Assembly (NCBI GenBank): GCA_015487095.1
Contig: WFQM01000328.1
Location: 1-51,374, forward strand
DNA from: Gammaproteobacteria bacterium
GTDB taxonomy: Bacteria > Pseudomonadota > Gammaproteobacteria > SZUA-152
DNA: 51,374 nucleotides
Reading direction: 5' to 3'
Shown here: piece after piece, positions 21,344-31,805 of the stretch
Numbering within the stretch: the first letter of the stretch is position 1
How the letters are laid out: each line of letters starts with the position of its first letter
Program-made: the position numbers and the translations under genes
Notes under the pieces: generated by a model
The model's database searches: none
What the model was told of the DNA's origin: nothing
The model's input: the letters and a program-made list of their open reading frames with translations, nothing else

Positions 21344-21668
21344 TCTGTTGCGAAACCGTTTGTGTTAATGCACCTATCGTTATTTTGCTTTCTGTCAACA
21401 TTTTGCTTCATCATCATTATCGTCATCGCCACCACAGCCTTGGCCAGTCAGCAGCCATAGGCGATACCATCATAGTTATAAGTTTCTGGCTTCGGTTAAA
21501 ACAGCCTGATCAATTTTACCCGGATTTTCAGCATCAATGATGAATTGCTGGCTCAATTGCAGCAGCTCTATGACAGTAAGGATAAATATTACGCAACCTG
21601 CTCCCAGGAGAATATACACAACACCCCGGAATTAAACACTTAAATCCGATGCGTATAGGGTATACCCT

Positions 21669-23864
21669 ATGCGCATGGCAAGCACTCCCTCCCTCAATCC
21701 CAAAAAACAACAGAAACTCGATGTTCTCATGCGCAAGGCATCAACTGCGCATCAGCAGGGTGATCTGGCTACGGCTGCACGCGGTTACCGAAAGGCACTG
21801 AAAGAAGTACCACGTTGTGCTGACGCACTGCATCTGCTGGGCTTGGTTCACTACCAGCAACAGGATTTCGAGACAGCAGTGACACTCATTGAGCAGGCAA
21901 TCACCCTCAGCCCCAACAATCCTCTCTACTCTTTCAACTTGGGTAAAGTGCAAAAGGATCACGGGCGACCCGAGCTGGCGGTACAGGCCTTCCATCACGC
22001 TTTACAGTTGGAGCCTCGCTACTGGCAGGCTGCTGCCAACCTGGGCTCAGTGCATATGGAGCAGGGCCGACTTGACGAAGCTATCGTGCAATTTGAAGCC
22101 GCGTTGCACATCAACCCCAACGACGCTCTCACCTGTAACAGTCTCGGCACGGTCTACCGGCAGCGAAACCGCCCGCAGGATGCTGAAAACGGCTTCCGAC
22201 GCGCCATCACCCTCGCCCCCCGCTATGCCGAGGCACACTCCAATCTCGGCGTACTGCTGCGCGAGCAGGGCCGACTGGATGAGGCCATCCAGCACTGTCG
22301 GCAGGCGACAGACCTCAACCCGGATCAGGCAGAGCTGTGGAGCAATCTCGGCATGGTGGAAGCCAAACGCCACAGTTACACGCAATCCGCTGACTGCTTC
22401 CGCCGTGCGTTGACCCTGGACCCTCACTGTGCCCCAGCCCTTACGGGTCTGGGAAACACTTTGCGAGAACAAGGTGAGCTGCGTGAAGCCATCGACTGGC
22501 TGCTTCAAAGCTGCGACGTTAGTGATTTTGATCACACCCGTTTTGCCTGTCTACTGTGTACACTCAATTATACCGACCACCTTTCCCCACAGGCCATTGC
22601 CGCCCAGCACCAGCATTTCGGTGCTGCGTTACAGGCTCGTATTGCCGAACAGGGTCTGAAAACGGGTCCACCAAGCAATGATTATGACCCGGAGCGTCGT
22701 CTGCGACTGGGCTTCGTGTCACCCGATTTTCGCACCCACTCCTGTGCCTGTTTTTTGTTGCCGCTGTTTGAACATCTGTCGGGGAAGCAAGTGGAAATTC
22801 ATGCCTATGCCGAAGTCATGCGGCCGGACACTATCACCCAACGCTTCCGCAGCTTGGCATCACACTGGTGCGACACCACCCGACTTACTGACCAGGAACT
22901 GGCTGAACAAATTCGTTTCGATCATATCGATATTCTTATCGACTGCGCGGGTCACACCGAGGGCAATCGATTGCCGGTATTCGGCCTGCGCCCTGCACCA
23001 CTGCAACTCACCTGGCTCGGCTACCCTAACACCACCGGGCTGGCAGACATGGATTATCGGTTTACCGACGCCTTCGCCGATCCAGAGGAAAAAGGAGAAA
23101 AAGGAGAAACTGATACTCACTACACAGAACGTCTGCTGCGCCTGCCCCGAGGTTTTTTATGCTTCCAACCCTTGGACAGCATGCCTGAAATATCTCCGCT
23201 GCCAGCGAGCCTGAATGGATACATCACCTTCGGTTGCCTGAATAATTTTTCCAAGCTAACACCGGCGGTATTACAACTGTGGGCGGAAATTCTCGTTGCG
23301 GTACCCAACAGTCGGCTCATACTCAAAGCGGCACAACTGGCTGATGCAAACCTCTGCACCCGGGTACGCACGCTGTTTACGGCACAAAATGTTGATGCAG
23401 CACGCCTGACACTTTGCGGCCAGACTCCCTCACGTGCTGAACACTTCGCCTTCTATCAGCGCATCGACATCGCCCTGGACCCCTTTCCTTACAACGGCAC
23501 CACCACCACCTGCGAAGCGCTGTGGATGGGAGTACCGGTCATCACCTTAGCGGGTGATCACCACGCCGCGCGAGTGGGCGTCAGCCTGCTGAGTCACACC
23601 GGACTGAAACAGTGCATCGCCCACGACACCGCTGACTACGCTCGCATTGCCTGTGAACTGGCAGACAATCCTGATGAGCTAGCACAATTACGCCAAAGCC
23701 TGCGCATTGTTCTACAAGATTCGGCACTTTGCGATACGGTGGGTTTTGCTCAGGATTTCGAAACTTGTTTACGCGGACTGTGGCAGAAAGCCTGCATGTG
23801 CGACAGCGATCAGGGAACACACACCAATGAAAATGGCCGGATGTCCTTCAAAGAAACATACTAA
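21669..23864 (+). CDS. TPR-repeat protein with a C-terminal O-GlcNAc-transferase-like (SPINDLY/GT41-type) domain
   Basis: About 8 TPR units (A..Y..AL...P....A..NLG) are followed by LRLGFVSPDFRTHS...GHTEGNRL...QLTWLGYPNTTG...PYNGTTTTCEALWMGVPVITL. Confidence 0.7.
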   Translation: MRMASTPSLNPKKQQKLDVLMRKASTAHQQGDLATAARGYRKALKEVPRCADALHLLGLVHYQQQDFETAVTLIEQAITLSPNNPLYSFNLGKVQKDHGRPELAVQAFHHALQLEPRYWQAAANLGSVHMEQGRLDEAIVQFEAALHINPNDALTCNSLGTVYRQRNRPQDAENGFRRAITLAPRYAEAHSNLGVLLREQGRLDEAIQHCRQATDLNPDQAELWSNLGMVEAKRHSYTQSADCFRRALTLDPHCAPALTGLGNTLREQGELREAIDWLLQSCDVSDFDHTRFACLLCTLNYTDHLSPQAIAAQHQHFGAALQARIAEQGLKTGPPSNDYDPERRLRLGFVSPDFRTHSCACFLLPLFEHLSGKQVEIHAYAEVMRPDTITQRFRSLASHWCDTTRLTDQELAEQIRFDHIDILIDCAGHTEGNRLPVFGLRPAPLQLTWLGYPNTTGLADMDYRFTDAFADPEEKGEKGETDTHYTERLLRLPRGFLCFQPLDSMPEISPLPASLNGYITFGCLNNFSKLTPAVLQLWAEILVAVPNSRLILKAAQLADANLCTRVRTLFTAQNVDAARLTLCGQTPSRAEHFAFYQRIDIALDPFPYNGTTTTCEALWMGVPVITLAGDHHAARVGVSLLSHTGLKQCIAHDTADYARIACELADNPDELAQLRQSLRIVLQDSALCDTVGFAQDFETCLRGLWQKACMCDSDQGTHTNENGRMSFKETY

Positions 23865-23935
23865 CAACTGATGTTACGCAGACCTTAAATGTGAATTAAG
23901 CGCTAAAAACATCTGTTTTAAGAATCGCCGGGTAT

Positions 23936-23995
23936 TTAACGCAAAGGTCGCAAAGACGCAAAGAAAAACACTAAAAACTTTGCGTCCTCTGCATT
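23936..23995. repeat. family B hairpin repeat, short copy
   Basis: The sequence is ttaacgcaaaggtcgcaaagacgcaaagaaaaacactaaaaactttgcgtcctctgca. Confidence 0.6.
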
Positions 23996-24098
23996 TATAA
24001 CACACCACTTGTCAGTACCATGACAACATAACCTCCCAACCCACAGGAACGACTGCCCTAAAAGCTTCTGATATTGTGTAGGCTTCAGTCAGAATCAG

Positions 24099-25340
24099 CT
24101 AAGTCGGTTTACGGAAAACCAAGGTGCCGTTGGTGCCACCAAAGCCAAAAGAGTTGGACATGACAATATCGATGTTCATTTCACGCGCAGTACCCGGTAC
24201 AAAATCCAGATCACATTCGGGGTCCGGGTTGTCCAGGTTAATGGTGGGCGGTGCCACCTGATCCCGAATCGCCAATGCCGAGAACACGGCTTCGATACCG
24301 CCCGCCGCACCTAGCAGATGACCTGTCATGGACTTGGTAGAGCTGATTGCCACCTTGTACGCATGATCACCAAAGGCGGTTTTCATGGCATGGGCTTCAC
24401 CCACGTCGCCTGCCGGTGTGGAAGTGCCGTGAGCATTGATGTAATCCACTTCTTCCGGATTAATGCCGGAGTTTTTCAACGCCAGTTTCATGCAACGCGC
24501 CGCACCTTCACCACCCTGCGACGGCGAAGTCATATGGTAAGCGTCTCCGCTCATGCCAAAGCCAATGACTTCCGCATAGATTTTCGCCCCACGCGCTTTG
24601 GCAAATTCGTACTCTTCCAGCACGACCACACCAGCGCCATCACTAAGCACAAAGCCGTCACGGTCTCTGTCCCAGGGGCGACTGGCTGCCTGCGGGTCAT
24701 CGTTGCGTGTGGACAGCGCACGGGCGGCAGCGAAGCCACCCAGCCCGGTGGTTGAAGTAGACATTTCTGAACCACCGGCCACCATTACATCGGCATCGCC
24801 GTATTCGATGAAACGCGCAGCATCACCAATACAATGCGTCGCTGTCGCGCACGCAGTGGTAATGGCATAGTTGGGGCCTTTCATGCCGTAGATAATCGAC
24901 AGGTTGCCGGAGATCATGTTGATGATATTGCTGGGTACAAAAAATGGGGAAATCTTGCGCGGCCCGCCCTTGAGAAAAGCGTTGTGTCCCTTTTCGATAC
25001 CGGTGAGACCACCGATACCGGAACCGATGGCCACGCCAATACGCTCGGCATTTTCTTCTGTGACTTCCAGTCCGGAGTCACGCACCGCCTGAATACCGGC
25101 GGCAATACCATAATGAATAAACAGATCCATCTTTTTCGCATCTTTGGCAGCGATGTAATCAGTGATCTCAAAGTCACGCACGGAACCGCCAAAACGCACT
25201 GAATACTCGCTGACATCAAAATGTGTGAGTGGCGCAATACCACTTTTACCCGCCAGCACATTTGTCCAGGCATCCGCAACATTCAACCCCACCGGGGAAA
25301 CCATGCCCAAACCAGTAATCACTACGCGTCGTTTTGTCAC
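24099..25340 (-). CDS. fabF: 3-oxoacyl-ACP synthase II
   Basis: [12 protein letters not shown], the active-site context [19 protein letters not shown] and GHLLGAAG are present, and the gene is downstream of acpP. Confidence 0.95.
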   Translation of the reverse strand: MTKRRVVITGLGMVSPVGLNVADAWTNVLAGKSGIAPLTHFDVSEYSVRFGGSVRDFEITDYIAAKDAKKMDLFIHYGIAAGIQAVRDSGLEVTEENAERIGVAIGSGIGGLTGIEKGHNAFLKGGPRKISPFFVPSNIINMISGNLSIIYGMKGPNYAITTACATATHCIGDAARFIEYGDADVMVAGGSEMSTSTTGLGGFAAARALSTRNDDPQAASRPWDRDRDGFVLSDGAGVVVLEEYEFAKARGAKIYAEVIGFGMSGDAYHMTSPSQGGEGAARCMKLALKNSGINPEEVDYINAHGTSTPAGDVGEAHAMKTAFGDHAYKVAISSTKSMTGHLLGAAGGIEAVFSALAIRDQVAPPTINLDNPDPECDLDFVPGTAREMNIDIVMSNSFGFGGTNGTLVFRKPT

Positions 25341-25413
25341 AAAAAAATACCTATTAAATCATCTGTTTGCTCATGCACAGCCTGACATGTCACCGCAGCA
25401 CAAATTACGTCAA

Positions 25414-25450
25414 TAAAAAAGGCCGCAATCCACCGGGTGGTTCTGCGGCC
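25414..25450 (-). terminator. rho-independent terminator/attenuator downstream of acpP
   Basis: On the minus strand the stem ggccgca...tgcggcc is followed by ttttttatt. It lies between acpP and fabF. Confidence 0.6.
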
Positions 25451-25523
25451 TTAACACGCAATCCTGTTTTACGATTCTGCATTTACAACACAGGAAACCA
25501 AGTGCTTCCCGTGTTCAGCAAAA

Positions 25524-25760
25524 TCAACTGGAATGCGCGGTGACGTAATCCGTTGCTTGCTGCACCGTAGTAATTTTTTCCGCATCTTCGTCAGGGATTT
25601 CAGTTTCGAATTCCTCTTCCAATGCCATTACCAGTTCCACTGTATCCAGGGAATCGGCACCCAGGTCGTCAACAAAAGATGACTCGCTGCTGACTTCTTC
25701 TTCCTTTACGCCAAGTTGTTCAACAACGATTTTCTTGACTCGTTCCTCAATGGTGCTCAT
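25524..25760 (-). CDS. acpP: acyl carrier protein
   Basis: [12 protein letters not shown]...[20 protein letters not shown] is present, with the phosphopantetheine Ser in the DSLD motif. Confidence 0.95.
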   Translation of the reverse strand: MSTIEERVKKIVVEQLGVKEEEVSSESSFVDDLGADSLDTVELVMALEEEFETEIPDEDAEKITTVQQATDYVTAHSS

Positions 25761-25968
25761 TTCGGATTAATCCTCCAAAGTAATTTCGAAGCAGCCCTGA
25801 CTTTCTCTTTGTTTTTATAAAACCTGATAAGTTTATAAAACAGCCCCGAGCCGCGTGGCGGTATTCTAGTAAAAAGCCCGCTCGGTTACAAGCGATAAAA
25901 ACCTTTACAAAGATACCATACACTGTTGTTTTTTATAAAAATTAATTTTCAAAAGAATAAAAAATGAC

Positions 25969-26727
25969 TTATGCCATGTACATTCCACCGTTCACATGCA
26001 ACGTCTCACCGGTGATATAGGCTGCACCGGGTGAAGCAAGAAAGGCAACAGCGGCCGCAATTTCCTCTGGCTGACCGAGGCGATTCAATGGAATTTCGCC
26101 CAGCAGCGCCTCTCTCTGAGCGTCCGGCAAAGCACGCGTCATGTCAGTATCGATAAATCCAGGGGCAACAGTATTCACCGTAATCCCCCGCACACCCACT
26201 TCCCGTGCTAACGATTTACTAAAACCAATCAAGCCTGCTTTGGCCGCCGCATAGTTGGCCTGACCGGCATTGCCCGCAGCACCCACCACTGAACTAATAC
26301 TGATAATACGACCCTTGCGCGCTTTGGTCATCGCCCGCAGGCAGGCCTTGGACATGCGATACACCGAGGTAAGATTAGTATTGATAATATCATCCCATTC
26401 TTCTTCTTTCATGCGCATCAGCAGATTGTCGCGGGTAATGCCAGCATTGTTGACCAGAATGCCGGGGGCACCGAAAGTCTCAGCCATATCTGCCAGCAAC
26501 TGTTTTATGGAATCGGCATCGGTGACATTGAGCGCCATGCCCTGTCCGGTGATACCGTTTTCAGCCAGATAGGCACTGATCGATTCTGCACCTTTATCCG
26601 AGGTTGCAGTACCCACAACCGTCGCCCCCTGCTGACCTAACGCCAATGCAATACTTTGGCCAATGCCTCTGCTGGCACCAGTAACCAGGGCAATTTCGCC
26701 ACTGAGAATATTTGTGTTTATCACCAT
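25969..26727 (-). CDS. fabG: 3-oxoacyl-ACP reductase
   Basis: It has TGASRGIG, NNAG and the catalytic YAAAK motif typical of SDR enzymes, in standard fab-cluster context. Confidence 0.95.
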   Translation of the reverse strand: MVINTNILSGEIALVTGASRGIGQSIALALGQQGATVVGTATSDKGAESISAYLAENGITGQGMALNVTDADSIKQLLADMAETFGAPGILVNNAGITRDNLLMRMKEEEWDDIINTNLTSVYRMSKACLRAMTKARKGRIISISSVVGAAGNAGQANYAAAKAGLIGFSKSLAREVGVRGITVNTVAPGFIDTDMTRALPDAQREALLGEIPLNRLGQPEEIAAAVAFLASPGAAYITGETLHVNGGMYMA

Positions 26728-27677
26728 TATTTCCCCTCTCCAACCGCCTGCACGGCCTTGTCCAGACCGGCAAGATCAGATGTCGTCAAACCGGTCATCT
26801 CACGATTAATACGTTTATTCAATCCTGCCAGCACCTTGCCCGGGCCACATTCCACGACCTGTTGTACCCCCTGCTCAGCAAAAGCCTGAACAGTATCCAC
26901 CCAACGCACCGGGCTGAACAACTGGCGTTTGAGCGCATCACGAATCGCATCGGCAGTGTTCTCGGCCTGCACATCCACGTTATTAAAAACAGGGATTACT
27001 GGTGCCTGAATCGCTACACCCGCCAGACGTTCGGCCAGGCGCTCAGCGGCAGGCATCATCAGACTGCAATGCGACGGTACACTCACTGGCAGTGGCAACG
27101 CGCGTTTTGCACCGGCTTTCCTGGCCAGTTCAACAGCACAATTAACTGCGGCTGTATTGCCTGCGATCACCACTTGTCCCGGCGAATTATAATTCACAGC
27201 GGTAACCACTTCACCCACCACATTTTTTGCCGCTTCGGCACAGACTTCACCGACCTTGTCATCGTCCAGCCCTAAAATCGCCGCCATAGCACCCTTGCCT
27301 GAGGGCACTGCCTCTTGCATAAAACGACCACGATCAGCCACTAGGGTCACGGCATCACTTAACGACAAACTGTCGGCAGCCACTAAAGCACTGTATTCAC
27401 CAAGACTGTGTCCCGCCATGGCCACAGGCTGTGCTTTCACCTGTGATTGCCATATACGCCACACCGCCACACCACCTGCTAACATTGCCGGTTGAGTAAT
27501 GTGCGTTTTATTGAGTTCCTCTTCCGGCCCATTTTGCACCCGCTGCCAAAGATCGTAACCTAAAGCATCACTGGCTTCCTGAAAGGTCTCTTTGATTTGC
27601 GCATGAACTTCGGCCAAGCCCATCAACATACCAATGGATTGAGAACCCTGACCGGGGAAAACTACAGCGTATGTCAT
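26727..27677 (-). CDS. fabD: malonyl-CoA-ACP transacylase
   Basis: VFPGQGSQ and GHSLGEYSAL are present. The start is taken at ATG 27677 (MTYAVVF...), which has aggaaa 7 nt upstream. The ORF-track extension to 27734 runs into a REP hairpin. Confidence 0.9.
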   Translation of the reverse strand: MTYAVVFPGQGSQSIGMLMGLAEVHAQIKETFQEASDALGYDLWQRVQNGPEEELNKTHITQPAMLAGGVAVWRIWQSQVKAQPVAMAGHSLGEYSALVAADSLSLSDAVTLVADRGRFMQEAVPSGKGAMAAILGLDDDKVGEVCAEAAKNVVGEVVTAVNYNSPGQVVIAGNTAAVNCAVELARKAGAKRALPLPVSVPSHCSLMMPAAERLAERLAGVAIQAPVIPVFNNVDVQAENTADAIRDALKRQLFSPVRWVDTVQAFAEQGVQQVVECGPGKVLAGLNKRINREMTGLTTSDLAGLDKAVQAVGEGK

Positions 27678-27708
27678 TCTTTGTTTCCTGAAATGTTTTG
27701 TTATTTTT

Positions 27709-27734
27709 GTAGGGTGGGCAGTTTTTTTGCCCAC
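27709..27734 (+). repeat. singleton GTAG-headed REP-like hairpin between fabH and fabD
   Basis: The sequence is gtagggtgggcagtttttttgcccac, with stem gtgggca/tgcccac. Confidence 0.4.
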
Positions 27735-27761
27735 GCGGGCTGTGGATTCACGCCCTTTAAA

Positions 27762-28754
27762 TCAGTATCGCAACAATGCCGACCCCCAGGTAAAACCACC
27801 TCCAAAGGCTTCCAGCAATACGGTTTCACCACGCTGGATACGGCCATCCCGCACCGCTTCATTCAATGCCAGCGGCACCGACGCAGACGATGTGTTGCCA
27901 TGTTCCTGCACTGTCACGACAACATGATCCATATTCATTTTCAATTTTTTGGCAGTGGCATTGATGATGCGAATATTTGCCTGATGTGGCACCAGCCAGT
28001 TAATGTCCGACTTTTCCATGTTATTCGCTGCCAGGGTTTCATCAACGATGCGCCCAAGTGTATTCACCGCGATTTTAAAAACTTCGTTACCCTGCATGGT
28101 GATATACACCACGCCATCCTCCTGATCGCCATAACCTTCCGACACACCACCGGTGGTGGATAACAAATCCTTGTACTGACCATCAGCATGCAGATGTGTA
28201 GACAGGATTCCTGCTTCATCACTGGCACCTAACACCACAGCACCGGCACCATCGCCAAATAAAACGCAGGTACCGCGATCCGTCCAGTCAATAATGCGTG
28301 ACATAGTTTCGGCACCTACCACCAGCGCACGACGATGACTGCCACTGGCAATAAATTTATCGGCGATACCCAATGCATAAACAAATCCGGTACACACTGC
28401 CTGCACGTCAAAAGCCGCACAACCTCGAACACCCAGGCGCTGCTGTAACAAGCAGGCGGTACTGGGGAAAACACGATCCGGTGTGGTAGTGGCGACAATA
28501 ATCAGGTCAATATCTGTGGGTAAAATACCTGCCGCGTCTATGGCCTGACGTGCTGCATGCTCGGCCAGATCACAAGTGGTTTCACCGTCTGCCGCAATGT
28601 GGCGTTTTTTTATACCGGTGCGATCAGTGATCCATTGATCCGAAGTCTCAACCATTTTTTCCAGATCATGGTTGCTGAGCACTTTCTCCGGCAGATAACC
28701 GCCAGTGCCTTCGATACGCGAATAAATACGGGATTGAGCGCGAGAAGTTGTCAT
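27762..28754 (-). CDS. fabH: 3-oxoacyl-ACP synthase III
   Basis: It has [15 protein letters not shown] (active-site Cys), PHQANIRI and [10 protein letters not shown]. Confidence 0.9.
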   Translation of the reverse strand: MTTSRAQSRIYSRIEGTGGYLPEKVLSNHDLEKMVETSDQWITDRTGIKKRHIAADGETTCDLAEHAARQAIDAAGILPTDIDLIIVATTTPDRVFPSTACLLQQRLGVRGCAAFDVQAVCTGFVYALGIADKFIASGSHRRALVVGAETMSRIIDWTDRGTCVLFGDGAGAVVLGASDEAGILSTHLHADGQYKDLLSTTGGVSEGYGDQEDGVVYITMQGNEVFKIAVNTLGRIVDETLAANNMEKSDINWLVPHQANIRIINATAKKLKMNMDHVVVTVQEHGNTSSASVPLALNEAVRDGRIQRGETVLLEAFGGGFTWGSALLRY

Positions 28755-29794
28755 ACTGCCTGCCCCTGTGTTGCGGCTCTTTGCGTCATCGCTGTTTCAA
28801 CGTGTTTACTGATGCGTTCAGGTACGTTCTTTTTCACTTCTACAATGGCTTCACGAATAGCACTGGCATAGGCCAGCTCATCAGCACCACCATGGCTTTT
28901 GATCACAATGCCCTGCAAACCCACAAAACTGGCACCATTATAACGTCGTGGATCAATACGTCGTTTAAGAGCATTGAGTACAGGCATTGCCACCAGCGCC
29001 GCTATGCGGGTCAGCAGATTGCGTTTGAATTCTTCGCGCAAAAAATGGCTGATCATTTTTGCCACGCCTTCCGTGGTTTTCAGTGAGATATTACCCACAA
29101 AACCGTCACACACCACCACATCCACTGCACCTTTGAAAATATCGTCACCTTCCACGAAACCCACGTAATTGAGATCGCTGTCGGCCAAAATACGCGCGGC
29201 TTCTTTGACTCGCTCGTTACCTTTGACTTCTTCTTCACCAATATTGAGCAGCCCAATCGTAGGTGCCTCAATATTCTCCACTGCACTGGTGAGCACCGAA
29301 CCCATCACCGCGAACTCGAACAGATTATCCGCACTGGTATCCACATTGGCACCCAGATCCAGCATGTGTGTCACGCCCTTGATATTGGGCAGCGTGGAAA
29401 TAATAGCCGGACGATCAATACCCGGTAACATTTTCAACACAAAGCGTGCGGTCGCCATTAGCGCACCGGTATTACCCGCGCTGACACAGGCCTGTGCTTG
29501 CCCCTCTTTCACCAGATTAATTGCCACACGCATGGACGAATCTTTTTTGGTGCGCAAAGCTACGGACGGTTTTTCATCCATGGCCACCTGTTGGGAAGCA
29601 TGCTGGATACTCAAACGCTTGGTCGGTTTTTTGTTGCGTAACGCCAACTCTGCCATCAACATTTGTTCGTCACCCACCAGCACAATGTGCAGTCGGGATG
29701 TTTCAGAAAGCACCTGCAATGCTGCGGGCACAACCACAGAAGGGCCGTGGTCGCCTCCCATGGCATCAAGGGCAATGGCGATTATTTGAGTCAT
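28751..29794 (-). CDS. plsX: phosphate acyltransferase PlsX
   Basis: [12 protein letters not shown] and GFVGNI are present. The gene sits between rpmF and fabH and overlaps the fabH start by 4 nt. Confidence 0.9.
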   Translation of the reverse strand: MTQIIAIALDAMGGDHGPSVVVPAALQVLSETSRLHIVLVGDEQMLMAELALRNKKPTKRLSIQHASQQVAMDEKPSVALRTKKDSSMRVAINLVKEGQAQACVSAGNTGALMATARFVLKMLPGIDRPAIISTLPNIKGVTHMLDLGANVDTSADNLFEFAVMGSVLTSAVENIEAPTIGLLNIGEEEVKGNERVKEAARILADSDLNYVGFVEGDDIFKGAVDVVVCDGFVGNISLKTTEGVAKMISHFLREEFKRNLLTRIAALVAMPVLNALKRRIDPRRYNGASFVGLQGIVIKSHGGADELAYASAIREAIVEVKKNVPERISKHVETAMTQRAATQGQAV

Positions 29795-29848
29795 CGGTAT
29801 TTGAATCGAACCCTGGTAAAAACAGAGTTAAAAGATGCTGCATGACAA

Positions 29849-29888
29849 ACGTCTAGCGCCTTGCATATTGATGCAAGGCGCTAGACGT
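29849..29888. other. perfect 18-bp stem / 4-nt loop hairpin in the rpmF-plsX spacer
   Basis: The structure is acgtctagcgccttgcat-attg-atgcaaggcgctagacgt. No adjacent U-run is present on the transcribed (minus) strand. Confidence 0.5.
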
Positions 29889-29922
29889 TCGGGCAACGTA
29901 ATAAAAAAAGGAAAGGCGATTA

Positions 29923-30105
29923 TTATTCGTCGCTGGCGGAAGCAATCACTTTGCGGCCACGGTAATAACCATCAGCACTGATATGATGACGGCGATGGGT
30001 TTCGCCTGTGGTGGGTTCAATCGACAACGTAGCACCCTTCAACGCATCGTGTGAACGACGCATGCCGCGGCGTGATGGAGTTACTTTACTTTTTTGAACA
30101 GCCAT
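29923..30105 (-). CDS. rpmF: 50S ribosomal protein L32
   Basis: It begins [22 protein letters not shown], is 60 aa and lies in the yceD-rpmF-plsX context. Confidence 0.95.
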   Translation of the reverse strand: MAVQKSKVTPSRRGMRRSHDALKGATLSIEPTTGETHRRHHISADGYYRGRKVIASASDE

Positions 30106-30133
30106 TGTGATTCCTCATATTTAACATGTTTTC

Positions 30134-30688
30134 TCAGTCGTTTTTTCCCGACTGAGAGGTTTTCAACTGAGACAGCACCGCAAACGGGTTTTCACGTTGC
30201 ACTGTTGTCACATCCTCTTGCCCACTCTCAGTATTGAGAAAGGCTGTGCCCTGCGGACATTTTTCATTGTCATGCATCGCCACCTGGGGCAATGCCAAAA
30301 TCAGCTCATCTTCGATAATCGATGCCACGGTGACTTCATCATCGAGCACCAGCAATGGATCATAACACTCCGGTAACTGCTGCGCCGCCGCTCGGGAAGA
30401 CACAATACCCAACCGAGTACGGGTGGATACCGAAAATCCCATGGTCTCCATGCAGCGTTGACACGTCAGCGGCAAGGTGGCCTTGATTGACCCCGTAACC
30501 CTGGGGCCGCCTCCTTCATCAACACCAAACTCCAGCAGATATTCTACATTACCCTGCTTTGACAAGCCCGCTTCGTCTGTCGCCAGCAATGGCTGTAGTC
30601 GCAGTAACGACGATACTGGCAAACACCCCTCCAGGGTGCGCCCGCGCGCGGCTAACGCCAGCGGCTCAATCGTTTCCTTCGTAGACAT
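30134..30688 (-). CDS. yceD: YceD/DUF177 family protein (23S rRNA accumulation protein)
   Basis: It occupies the conserved position upstream of rpmF and has an acidic C-terminal half with CxxC-like residues. The start is taken at the internal ATG (MSTKETIEP...), giving about 184 aa. Confidence 0.75.
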   Translation of the reverse strand: MSTKETIEPLALAARGRTLEGCLPVSSLLRLQPLLATDEAGLSKQGNVEYLLEFGVDEGGGPRVTGSIKATLPLTCQRCMETMGFSVSTRTRLGIVSSRAAAQQLPECYDPLLVLDDEVTVASIIEDELILALPQVAMHDNEKCPQGTAFLNTESGQEDVTTVQRENPFAVLSQLKTSQSGKND

Positions 30689-30815
30689 CAACCAAAACAC
30701 CCATTCAGCCAGCCCCGAAGGCCGATATTCTGGCGCACTTACCTCCACCAACGGCAGGCGCGACCGACATAAACGCGGGATTCTATGTGGATTCCGGCTT
30801 TATGTCAAAGCACGC

Positions 30816-31442
30816 CTAGTGCGCGTGGCCATCATCGTCGTGTTTATCTGCATGAGCATCATTTTTTTGTGGTTCAGAATCACCATGGCTATCATCACCG
30901 TGACCATGGCCACCACCAGCGTGGTCATGTCCCTTCTCCAGCCGGGCATCCAGCGCCAGATACTCCTCTTTACTCATTCCAGGCAGTTTCTTCACGAATG
31001 CAATAATATCCCACAGTTCACCATCTTTATGTGTTACCCCCCATGCAGGCATCCCGGTCATTCTGATACCGTTTTTTGTTGCCCAAAACAATTCGGCAGC
31101 AGACATGTGCTCTGCGCTTTTAGCAAGATCCGGTGGGGGCGGGTTCATGCCTTTGGTTATAGGGGAATCTGTACCGCCCGGGGGTGTATGACACATCGCA
31201 CACATTTCACGATAGCTGCGAAACCCTGAGTCAATCTGTTTGTCACCCTTCGCAGGAGGCGTCACAATCGAAGCAGCACGGGTTTCTATGGAATTTTCCC
31301 TGGTTGTCTCCAGTATCCAACTTACGGGGGCGGGGTCTTCCCACGTTGTGGCGACATTAAATGCCCCCGTATAAATCACGAGCAGTGTCATCAATATTCC
31401 GAAGACAGTTGCTAGAACCAGAGTGCCAATAATTGTTTTCAT
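30816..31442 (-). CDS. membrane-anchored class I c-type cytochrome with a His/Asp-rich C-terminal tail
   Basis: It has an N-terminal TM, a single CAMCH haem-binding motif and a distal Met context (IRMTGMPAWG). The tail is GHDHAGGGHGHGDDSHGDSEPQKNDAHADKHDDDGHAH. Confidence 0.7.
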   Translation of the reverse strand: MKTIIGTLVLATVFGILMTLLVIYTGAFNVATTWEDPAPVSWILETTRENSIETRAASIVTPPAKGDKQIDSGFRSYREMCAMCHTPPGGTDSPITKGMNPPPPDLAKSAEHMSAAELFWATKNGIRMTGMPAWGVTHKDGELWDIIAFVKKLPGMSKEEYLALDARLEKGHDHAGGGHGHGDDSHGDSEPQKNDAHADKHDDDGHAH

Positions 31443-31805
31443 AATTGTCCCTATTGGTAAAAATAGTATAGAGGTTAAGGGTGTATATTCAGTTGTTAAG
31501 AAAACACAGGTTATATGTCAAAACGACAAGCAACCGTTTTCAGTGATGAAAAGCCAGAGTCCTATCCCAGAACAGTAACAATTAACGTGAAATCGACCTC
31601 ATAGCCTGAAACTTGAAATTGTTTTCCAAAACACATTACCCCAGTGTACAGCCTATGCCCCGGCTACAAGTCAAGAACCTTTTTCAACGTCTAAAATTTG
31701 AACACCTGTCTGATGAAGCATTATTTCCAATAAAAACGTTAACCCTGTTTTCCATTCGGCTGCGTTTATAGCTAATGAACGCTATTAAACCAAAGGAGAA
31801 CAACC

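Noticed and set aside
21344-21668. Short His/Arg-rich ORF (21337-21540) and AT-rich tract between pabB and the TPR/OGT gene
   Set aside because: It has no SD and low complexity, and it overlaps the pabB start region. It is treated as a divergent promoter region.
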